Shown here: piece after piece, positions 29,000-41,803 of the stretch
Layout: the number at the start of each line of letters is the position of its first letter
How positions within the stretch are numbered: position 1 is the stretch's first letter
DNA from: the human T2T-CHM13v2.0 reference genome, Homo sapiens
DNA length: 64,000 nt
Direction: 5' to 3' (one strand)
NCBI RefSeq assembly: GCF_009914755.1
Contig: NC_060925.1
Position numbers and translations under genes: made by a program
The notes under the pieces: model-generated
What the model was told of the DNA's origin: nothing
Databases searched by the model: none
Seen by the model: only the letters and a program-made list of their open reading frames with translations

Positions 29000-31405
29000 G
29001 TCCTGCAAATCAACGCATACCTCTAAGTGATGGAAACAGCATTCCCATCATCAGACTTGGTACCTACTCAGAGCCTAAATTGACCCCTAAGGGGGCCGAT
29101 GACTTACTCAAGGCCACACAGCAAGTAGGTGGTAGGTAGAGATGTCACTACAGCCCAAGTAGTCTGTCTCTACATTTAGTCTGAGTCTTCATCAGTGAAG
29201 GTTGTCATTGGTCTGGGGTGCTGACACACTGATGAAGCCTACATATACCAAAATGAAGACACAGCTGGGGAGGCCATCAGGGGGAAAATAGCAGAAGGAA
29301 AGGTGCAGAGGAAGGATATCTTCTACTGTGGAAAACTGTGGGCTACAAATCACAACCCAGAGCTGGTCTGCCCGAGCCTAGAGAGGATGCTCAAGGTCCT
29401 CCAGCTAGATTGTGTGGATCTTTACATCACTGAAATACCCATGGCCGCTAAGCCAGAAGACAAAATCTACCCTATAGGTGAGAATGGCAAATGGTTATAT
29501 CACAAGTCAAATCTGTGTGCCACTTGGGAGACTTCGGAAGCTTGTAAAGATGCTGGCTTGGTGAAATCCCTCGGAGTATCCAGTTTTAACAGCAGGCCAG
29601 CTGGAGCTCATCCAGAACAACCCAGGACTCAAACCCAAGCCAGTCAGCAACGAGGTTGAGTGCCACCCATATTACACCCAACCAAAACTTTTGAAATTTC
29701 GCCAACAACATGACATTGTCATGATTGCATATAGCCCTTTGGGGACCACTAGGAATCCAACCTGGACAAATATGTCTTCTCTGCCTTCGTTAAAGGATGC
29801 ACTTCTAAAAAGGTGCAATAAGATCACAGCTCAAGTTATTTTGCGTTTCAACATCCAGCAAGGGGTGGTTGTCATTCCTAAAAGCTTTAATCCTGAAAAG
29901 ATCAAGGAAAACCTTCAGGCCTTTGACTTTTCTCTCACTGAATCAAGGACATTGAAGCCTGGAGTGAAAATGTCCGCTTCATAGAAATGCTCATGTGGTG
30001 TGATCATCCCAAATACCCATTTCTTGATGAATACTGACTTCAGAGAGTTCCTGAACAGATTCTCCCCTCCCACGTGTGGAGGACCTTAGGGTGCATAGTT
30101 CCCCATGGACACGGAAATGAAAGAGGTTTTATTATCTGAAAAGTGGTGATGGAAACATGCTTAACTTTTGTATAGTGTAAGTGATTTTAACTCACCCATG
30201 TTAAAGACAAAATGTTTAAATCTGTTGAAATTCTTAGGAAATTATCACCTAATATTTTATTAGATAAATGTCTTCTGGGTTCCAGACCAAAAACAAAACA
30301 AAACAAACAAACAAACAAAAAACAATTAGATTCCAGAAAAGACTTGAAAGGCAACAGATGACAACCAGCAACAAGTAACTCATGAATGTGGGTAGTAACA
30401 TTGTTAGCCTGAGTTCTTTAGCAGTCAACAGGACAACAAAGACAGCAGAGGGCCCCCATGTGCCAGGGTGCTGGCAGTGGCCTTGAGGACTTGAACCATT
30501 GACTGCAATACAGACACAGCCAAGATAAGATCCAGACATGCATTATTAACAAAAAAGTGATTTGCTGCACCTTGAGTAGGGAGAGAGGGCTAAGTGTAGA
30601 AAAGTCTTAAAATAGAGTCAATTAAACACCACAGTGATCAACAAAGCCATAAGGATTTTATTGTTGTTTGTTTCTATCCGATGTATGTTTGTTTAGCTTT
30701 TACTCAGCTTGAAGGATGCATACTTGCTGGTTCTCTTTTGCATCCTCAGAGGGTCTGAGTTTCAACATAACTAGTGGTCCATACTTACATTGTCTTATAT
30801 TCACTCTTGTCACATTGATCATCGAATCACCATTACGTGAAGTGGCTTGAAACAACCAACATACATAAATAAAACTCTGCATCATAAAGTATTCCAAAGA
30901 CGGCTATTTTAAAACAAGACATTTTATAAGGGGACTTTAGGAGACATATTGAAAGAAGAGGCTTTATAAAAGTACTATGCTTAAGTCTTTAAGAGTGTTA
31001 TTGGGATAGCTATGTGAATTTTGAGAAAATAGCACGTTCAAAAGAACACTGGTAATTGTACTCTATGTAAATTTTTAAAGAGAATAAAATTATTAGAATT
31101 CAACAACAGAGATGTACCTATTTTCAGTTCAACTACAGAAATATATTTTATTCATTCATATTAGATCACTCTCACAGGGCAAGAGAGTTCTTCAAAAATT
31201 ATGCTTTTCCAAGACCAATTGCTTATAGATAATCTTCAATGACCTGTACACATACATTTCTGAGAAAGTATCACTTAAAAACTTGATCTATACTGATTGT
31301 TTTCACTGATTCCGATGTTAATACTTACAATGCTTGTCCTCTAGACAATACTTTGTTCACAAGAAATCATGAAATATGATGACAAAGAAAGACAAAAGAA
31401 AGAAC
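29000..31405 (+). pseudogene. AKR1D1P1: Processed pseudogene of AKR1D1 (steroid 5-beta-reductase), including the parental 3' UTR and a degraded poly(A) tail
   Basis: Intronless homology: [43 protein letters not shown] (Glu in the position of the AKR1C His, the 5-beta-reductase signature), [24 protein letters not shown], ending [14 protein letters not shown] at 30035-30037. Disablements: TGA at 29222-29224, frameshift near 29595, deletions near 29810 and 29940, ~90-nt insertion at 29098-29189. A-rich tail 31381-31405. TSD GAAGAAAGTGA at 28989-28999 and 31406-31416. Confidence 0.93.
29100..29177 (-). repeat. Inverted copy of 28376-28453
   Basis: 72/78 ungapped identity to the reverse complement. 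Confidence 0.95.
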
Positions 31406-32389
31406 GAAGAAAGTGAAAAGACAACCCAACCCACAGAATGAAAGAAAACATTTGTAAATATACTGATAAGGGTCTAGGATTCAGAATATATAAATAACCC
31501 CTATGACTCAACAATAAAAAACATAACCCAATTAAAAATTGGCCAAAGATGTAAATAGACATTTCTCCAAAGAAGACATACAAATGGCCAATTAGCACAT
31601 GAAAAGATGTACAACATCATTAGTCATTAGGGAAATACAAATCAAAACGACAGTGAGATACCACTTCTCACCCACTAGGATAGCTAAAATAAGAAAACCG
31701 ACAATACAAGTGTTGATAAGGATGTGGAGAAACTGGAATTCTCATACATTTTTGTGGGTTATATAAATGGTGAAGCCCTTGTGAAAAATAATTTGGCAGT
31801 TCCTCAAAAAGTTAAACATAGTATCATGTGACCCAGCAATTCTATTCCTAGATATATACCCAAGAGAATCGGAAACCTAGGCTCACACAAAAACTTGTAA
31901 AGGAATGTTCATAGCAGCATTATTCACAGTGGCCCTAAACTGGAAACAATTCGAATGGCCACAACTAGGAATGGATAAGCAAATGCGCTGTATCCAAACA
32001 ATGAAATATGACTCAGCCATCAAAAAGAATGAAGCACTGTTACATGCTGCAACTGGGATGACCCTTGAAAACATTATGCTAAGCGGAAGAAGCCAGGCAC
32101 AAAAGGTTACATAGTGTATGATTCCATTTATATAAAATGTCCAGAATAAACAAATTCATAGAGATAGAAAGCAGGTTAGTAGTTGCCAGGGGATGGGGAG
32201 AGTGGGGAATTGGGACTGTCAATAGCTATGAGGGTTCCTTTGAGATGATGAACATGTTCTAGAATTGGACAGTGGTGATGGTGTGCAACAGAGTGAATAT
32301 ACTAAAAACCATTGAAGTATGCACTTTAAAATGACACATTTTATGTTATATGAATTATATCTCAATACAAAAATAATGCTAAAACAAAC

Positions 32390-33980
32390 ACAAGAATAGT
32401 CAGGAAAATTCTTGCAAAGAAGAGTAAAGAGAGTGAAATAACCCTGCCAGATATCAAACAATAAAAGGGGTGTAATTATCATACAGTACTTAGGGTACTA
32501 TAGACTTAAACATATATGGTCAATTGGTTTTCAATAAAGGTACAAGAAAAATTCAGCAGGAAATGGTAGTCTTTTCAACAAATGGTGGTAGAACAACTGG
32601 ATATCCACATGGAAAAAAAATTGACCCTCGGTTCATACCATACACAAAAATTATCTAAAATGGTTCATAGACCTAAATGTAAAACCCAAAACTATAAAAT
32701 TTCTGGAATAAAACATAGGAGAAAAATATTTGTGATAGAACACAAAAAGTAAAAACCATAAAAGAAAAAATTGGTAAACTGGACTTCATCAAAATTAAAA
32801 GTTTTTGCTTTGTTCATTGAAAGACAGCAGTAGGAAAATGAAAAAGAAGCCATAGACTAGGAGAAATTATGTCCAAACACATACATCAGACAGAGGACTT
32901 ATATCCAGAATATGTAAAGAACTATTTTAACTCAATAGTAAAGTAATCAACTCAATAAGAAAATGGGCACAAAGTTTGAATAGACAATTCCCAAAAGAAG
33001 ATAAATGAATGGCCAATAAGCAAGTGAAAAGATGCTAAACATCATTAGTAATTAAAGAAAAACAAATTAAAACCACAATGAGATACTACTACATACCTGT
33101 TAGTATCGCTAAAATTAAATAACTGGTCGTTATCAAGTGTTGCCCAGGATATGAAAGAACTGAAACTCTCATACGCGGATGGGGGAAATGTAAAATGGTA
33201 CAACAATTTCTGAAAGATCTGGTGGTTTCTTTAGAAAGTTAAACATACACTCACCATATGATCCAGCCATTGCACTCATGTATCTAACCAAGAGAAAAAA
33301 AAAAAATATATATATATATATATATATGTCCATATAAAGATTTGTACATCAACACTCATGGCAGCTTTATTTGTAATAAACTACTGGAAAACTACCCAAA
33401 TATTTATCAACAAATGAATGGATAAACTAATTATGGTATATCCATTCAATGAAATAATACTGAACAATAAAAAGAAATAAACTGCTAGTGCACACAACAT
33501 GGCTGAATCTCAAAATCAATATACTGAGTGAAAGAGGCCAGGCAAAAAGAGTACATATTGAAAGATTCTACTTACAGGAAATTCTACAAAATCTGAATTA
33601 ATCTGTTGTAACAGATTTCAAACCACAAACTAAGAAAGGTACTTGCAGCACTGTGACAAAGGGCTTAGTTCCTTAATACATAAAGAGCACCTAAACATTA
33701 TTCAGTTTTAGCAAATAATTTTCAAGTGTCCACCAGGTGCCAAGCATGGTACTATACACTGAAGATATAACTGGGAGTTAAATAGACAAAATCCTTGCCC
33801 TCGTGAAATGTTCAAGCTGACGGGAGTCTAAAACAACGTTAAAAAAATGAGAAAAGGACTTGAACAGAGAGTTCATGGGAAAAAAAAGTAACACATAGCT
33901 GTCAAATGAATGAAAGATTACCAAAATCACTCATAGTAGGAAAAAATCGAAATTAAAATTACAATGAATACATATCAGAT
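32390..33980 (+). mobile_element. Older L1M fragments (upstream part at ~28620-28901)
   Basis: Degenerate L1 ORF2/3' motifs; contains (TA)n at 33306-33327. Confidence 0.7.
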
Positions 33981-34889
33981 TGCTATCAGCTTCTCCACTG
34001 GGTTCCGTCTTCCTTTGCTTCCCAAGGAAATTGCCCCAGAAATTCTCTTTTTTCTCTCCTGCATGTCAGTATTTTCCTCTAAATTGGATCATTCCTATCT
34101 GTATACAAGCATGTTATTTCTCTCATCTTAAAAAACTCAAAGACTTATATAGCATTTGCACATTGGAACTTGCCATATTTCTTATCGCTTTGGGAATCCA
34201 GTCTCCACACTAAGAAGCCTGTATTAACCCGCTGGAGACACGTGGCACAGCTGACAGCCAGCGCTGACTTCCAGACAAGTAAGGCTCTCTTACATCATCC
34301 AGACCCAGCTGAACCAACAGAGGACTGCAGCCACGTGGGTGACACCAGATGAGACTGGACAAAGCACTGCCTGAGTCCAGCCTAAGTTGCTGGCCGACAG
34401 AATCATGAACTAAAACGGTTGTCGTTCTAAGCCACTGAGTTTGGGAGGATTGTGACATACCAAATGATAACAAAATACTCAATATCCCCATATCAATCTC
34501 AGGAATTGCCCTAATTGGCCCACCTTGGGCCATATGCCCACTTTTTGGATAAACCAGTGCTTCCAGGGGGTCAAGACGAGATTGGAGCTGGAAAACTCTG
34601 GTTTACAGCCTTAGCAGAATCATTCGTAATAGAAGAAATGAGGGGAAAGGATTCTGGGCATATATAGAACAATGACTGTCCACGACAGCCAGCCTTGCCC
34701 TGGTGTGTGCAGTGGGATGGGGTTGGCAACTAGAACGAGGCTCACGCTTTGCAGAGGGGCACACAGGCAAGGCTCAGAGCTGGAGCTGAGAGGAAGCTGG
34801 ATAGAACATGATGACCTGCAGCTGTGAGTTTCTCATGGGGGAAGCTCTGGCTCTTCCTCATGATTGAATCCCTGCTTCCTGATATATTT

Positions 34890-34995
34890 TGGTGGGTGGG
34901 TAGATGGATAGATGGATAGATGCATGCATGCATGGTTGGATGGATGGATGGTTGGGCGACTCAGTGAGTGAGTGGCTAGATGGATGAATGAGTAG
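34890..34995. repeat. Degenerate (GGAT)n tract
   Basis: ggat/agat/gcat units. Confidence 0.75.
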
Positions 34996-36690
34996 GAGGG
35001 TGGCTGGTAACATTCAGGATGGCAGGAAGTCCAATACTATGTAGGAGGATGCCCCAACTTCCTCTCAGGAAGAGCACAGTAAGGGAAACCCAGAAGCTGG
35101 TGAATGGAGATTTTAGCTGGAAAAGTTGTCATTGTCATTACAGAGAAGGGCCCCTGCCATTGAGGGGCTGACTGGAAAATTGGGTAGCGTAAAGAAAATG
35201 TAAAGACAAGGTATGGGGGAAGGGACTGGGGCTCAGGACTGGGACTGAACTGATGGAAGCCAAATGGCTACAGCTACAAGCAGGAACAATTTAAAGTGTA
35301 GGGCCAAGCACAATATAAGCAGCCATGTGGTAAGAGGAAGATGCTGGTGCTAAATAAATTCTCATAATTCTCCAAATAAGTAATGCTGGTGAAGTAATTA
35401 TTTTAACTTGTCCAGCATCTTTCCCCTCCCTTTTTTGGAAGCAACCTCGTTTCCCTTGGAGGGGAGCGCATATTCCCTCAACGGAGTGGGATGTATGCCG
35501 CTGGCTGGCTCCCGGTGTGGGCATGGACCCTGTGACAGCCAATCAGGCATCATATCCTTCTGTCTACAAAGACCGGCTCAGGGAGGGCCCATGAGAGCCA
35601 TTTTCAAGATTCTTGCTGGAACTCCAGGGAAAGGGGCACCATTTTCCCGTAGAGAATGGTGACCGTGGGGTAGTGCAGCCTGCAGCAGTGGAGGCCGTCT
35701 ATTTCCCACCGGGAGAGAGCCTGACGGGATGAGGCCAACAAGAGGGAAGCAGAGCCCAGAGACAGGAAGAGAAGGATGGTTCCCATTTTGCCCCCTTGTC
35801 AGTCACAGGAGCCAATAAATACCCCTTTTTGCTCTTTGGGTCGATTCATCAGAATTTAGTGGGAAAGCTTTGTCTGCACCTAGAGGAGAGGTTGTTCTGA
35901 GGCGCCAACGTGCTTCAGGTGAGCTGGGTCTCTTCCCACAACCACTTGCTCCCAAGGGGCCCTCCCAGGATTCAGATTTCCCTGGGGTTCTTTCTCTACA
36001 ACAGCTCCTTCTAGGCAACAGGGACTCGGCACTGAGCCTCGCAATTCCCTGGCTCCTGATCATCAGAGAAAACAGCACAAAAAAGAGGATTGGTCTCTGT
36101 CCCTTGGGGTGTCCAGAGACAGCCTCTCCCAAGACCCCTGTGAGGGGAAGCACTTCCCTAGCCCTTGAGACCCCAGCATGTTGACCCAGGCCCTGTGCCT
36201 CCCTTCAGCTGACTGGTCCAGGGCTGGCAAGCAGCTGGAGGCCCACACAGGCTATTCCCTCACAAAGTGCATTTCCGCTGGCAGGATCCCAGCCAAACAC
36301 CTCGGTGGAGCCTTGTCTCTTCAGCCTCAACCCGAGGTTTCCCCAGTCATAGCCTGTGTATGAGCCCCTCCTTTTGTGACCGCAAGCCTTGGCTCACAGG
36401 AATCCTTTTGCCTGAAGGCCCTTCTCTCCTTTCCCCAACCCAGGAGCTTGGTCTCGGACAAGGTGTAAATATCCCTTCACTGTGAAGCCTGGCTCACACC
36501 TACTAAACCTATTAGCTATGTCCATCGCATATTGTTTAGTGCTGTGTTAAAAAACACTTGTCACTTTTTGCCTTGGTTATTTGTTTACACAGATGTTCAC
36601 ACAATGATAATCCAAGCTCTTCAAGAGCATGGACGGAGTTTTATTCATTTTGTAATCTTTAGTGTCCAGTACATAGTTGGTATTTAATTT

Positions 36691-36730
36691 GAGAGAGAGA
36701 GAGAGAGAAAGAAAGAGAGAGAGAGAGAGA
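36691..36730. repeat. (GA)n microsatellite
   Basis: Direct observation. Confidence 0.92.
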
Positions 36731-37221
36731 CCAGACCATTCCTGACCCGAAAACCAGATGGGGTAGAGAGCAGCAGGAAACAAAATTTAAATGCTCTCTG
36801 GGAAGTTCAGTCCCCGGGGTTAGAGACCATGTCTTAGGCAATTTGAATGGCCAGAACTGAATGCAGTGCCTGGAACATAAAAGGTGCTCCGTTAAAATTT
36901 ACTGAAGGAATGAGGGGGCATGACCCCAACTACTGTTATCGAGAGGGGAATGAGGGGAATGGGTTTGCAGAAAGGGCCAAGCATCCCTTTAGTGACAATC
37001 CCAGGTAGAATCTGCCTTCTAAGATGCTACATTTGGGCCAAGCATGGCCCCCTCCCACCACCACCTGCACACAGATCCACATCTTATGGCTCTGATGGAC
37101 TCCTTGGGCTCCATGACTCTTTCATGTCTGACCAAAGCTGGAGGAGAGGGCAGAGCCTAAAGAGCCTAAAGGAGCCCCCACCGGCTGGGAGTAGAGGCTG
37201 AGGAAACTGACATATCAGTAA

Positions 37222-37547
<326 letters not shown>

Positions 37548-38459
37548 ACCAGTCTTTATCTGAGCTGAATTTGGCTGACTTTGAGTGTGGCCCAGGATAT
37601 GACTGCATATAGAATGTAATTTCAGTGGATTTCTGATCCCTAAAACACACCCTCTCCACTCACCTACTAATATCCACCCAAAAATACATGCTTAGAGAGT
37701 CACTCTTTTGGCTAAAATTATAATAATGGTGTGTGGGAGCTGGCTGATATCAGCACATGAGAGCCAACTGTTAAATTTTCAGGAATTTTTCCAGTTGGTT
37801 GTTAAATCATTGGTAACTTGAAATTGGCTGTGGTGGGGGCAGACATTATACATGAAAGTTCATTCTGTATGCCCCAGCACACCACTGACTAAACACTTTT
37901 CTTCCATTCAGAAGCAAATGCCCTTGAGAGATATATAAAGCCTTATCAGTTATTTATACCTTTGTGTTAAATACTGAGTCACAGACCATTGTCCCAGTTA
38001 GATGGGGACTGGAAATCATTAATCTAAACTTTATTTAGTAAATGAGAGAATTGAGACCCAGAAAGGTAACATGACTTACTGAAGATATAGAATTAGCTAG
38101 TTTCAGAGTCCAGACTGCAACTGAAGTGCTCTGATTCTCAGTAAACGGGATGCCATAATAGACATTATATGCTTATATTTACACCCAGCATCCCTTCCTC
38201 CCCCCAACCCCCATATTAACCCTGGCCAGACCATGCAGTACAAGTGGAGCTAACCCCTAGCCTGTCTGCGCTCAGGGATGGTCACATGACTAAACCTGCT
38301 CCATTAGAGTATTCTGTCTTCCTCGCCATTGTAACTGATTAGGGGAAGAACATATTAATGCAGGGATGTTTTTGTAGGCCTGGCATCAAGACCCCCATCT
38401 TCTAGCAATAGTATCAATTTTGCTTTGAAGAGTCAACTATTCTCCACGATTATAATCTC

Positions 38460-38752
<293 letters not shown>

Positions 38753-39015
38753 GATTATAATCGCTTGATGAGGCTATCAGGTAATGTCAATCAGCTGCTT
38801 TCTCCCCGGACTTTAAATCTTAACAGAATGAAACAAGACCTGGACATAACCCTTGTTTGTTTCTCCTTCTTGGATCCATCCCAGAAGTTGCTCATATTCT
38901 GTGGCTACACGAACACTGTTCCAGCCAATTTCCTTTTTTGCTTAAGCTATCCAGAGCTGATTTTTGTTGCTTGCAACCAAAGGATCCTGACTTACACAGT
39001 AGAATTTTTGGAAGT

Positions 39016-39617
39016 TGTATTAGCTTTCTATTGCTGCATAACAAACTATCACAAATGTAGTGGCTTAAAACAACACATTTATGATCTTACAGTAATGTAG
39101 GTCAGAAGTCCTGATATAGCATGGCTGAGTTCTCTGCTCAGGTACTTACAAGGCTGAAATCAGTGTTGGCTGGGGCTGCAGTTCTCATTTGAGGCTCAGG
39201 GTCTTCTTCCAGGCTCATTGGTTGTTGGTAAATTTTATTTCCTCTCAGTTATAGGAGTGAGTTCCTGTTTTCCTGCTAATGATTGGCCAGGGAATGCTCT
39301 CAGGTCCCAGAAAACACCTGCAGTTCCTTGCCAGGTGGCCCCCATAGGCAGTTCACAATGTGGATGTTTGCTTGCTTCTGGCCCAAACACAGAGCATCTC
39401 TCTGACTTAGTCTTCTGGAACCAGCTGGAGAAAACTCTGATTTTAGAGGATATGCCTGATCAGGTCAGGCCCACCCAGAACACTCTCCCTTTGCCACATA
39501 AAACCGCAAAAGCACAGGAGTGATAGCTCATCGTATTCACAGGTTCTTCTTACGATCACGAAGATTGTACCATGGCGTGTCAATCTTGGAGGCCACCTTA
39601 GGATCCCATTTCTCACA
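39016..39617 (-). mobile_element. MaLR LTR (MLT1-type)
   Basis: Starts tgtattagctttctattgctgcataacaaac (reverse MLT1 3' end) and ends ...ctcaca; TSD gaagt/gaaat. Confidence 0.75.
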
Positions 39618-40243
39618 GAAATGCTGTTCAAAAAGATGCTCCCTTCTTCCTCTGGGAAGATCAGACACGCCTGGTGTTCATCTTTTTCACCAGATGGAAG
39701 AAGCTTGCCTGGGAATGAAGCCAACACAGAGAACAGCTGAGCAAGAGACATAAAGACAGGCAGAGCATTTGCTGCATTGTTGAGAACCTGGATCGTGCCA
39801 TGCCTAGCTGCCTGCCCCAGGGGCTTTTCCATCTCACGAGCCAATAGCTTTTTTCTTAAGTTATTTGACTTTGATTCTGCAACTTGGAATTGAAATGGTC
39901 TTGAGTATTACAGATGCTGAAATTGCATGGCTATTAAAGACATGTTTGCAAACTTCACAGCTGGCACAAATCCACTTTGATGGGAGATTTACCTAGTGCG
40001 CCCTACCCCTCAAAAGACTAATTGCCCTTTAAAAAATTAACCGCACAATTTTGGGGCTTTTTTTTAGTGAGACACTAAGGAGGAAAAACACACCTAATGT
40101 CCAAACACTCCAGAAAAAAAAAAATGAAAGTAAAAGGCTGCACAAAGATTTTCTATCAAAAGCCACTGTGAAAGATGGCAAAAAAAATAAGCTGGGGACA
40201 TGGGTAAGATTAGAGAGATACTATGAATGGATAAGATGAATTG

Positions 40244-41001
<758 letters not shown>

Positions 41002-41134
41002 TAGTTATATATAACCTACTAAATATTGCCATTGATAGCCAAGCCCCTTTAATTGGAAAAAGAACCTTTTTTGCTTTAATGGGGGTGTCTTACATTTGTG
41101 TGTCATTTTCACATATTAATATATTGTATTTTGT

Positions 41135-41803
<669 letters not shown>

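Larger units (their letters stand above)
28902..32389 (+). mobile_element. L1M (L1MB-like) 3' fragment split by the AKR1D1 retrocopy (pieces 28902-28999 and 31406-32389)
   Basis: L1 ORF2 sequence ...aaggacactatgaagaaagtga resumes as aaagacaaccc... after the pseudogene. Flanking TSD acaagaatagcca (28889-28901) / acaagaatagtca (32390-32402). Confidence 0.8.

Noticed and set aside
28942-29984. AKR-like ORFs as a functional enzyme or an L1-AKR fusion
   Set aside because: Fragmented by a stop, frameshifts, deletions and an insertion; all starts are non-ATG; cannot form a TIM barrel.
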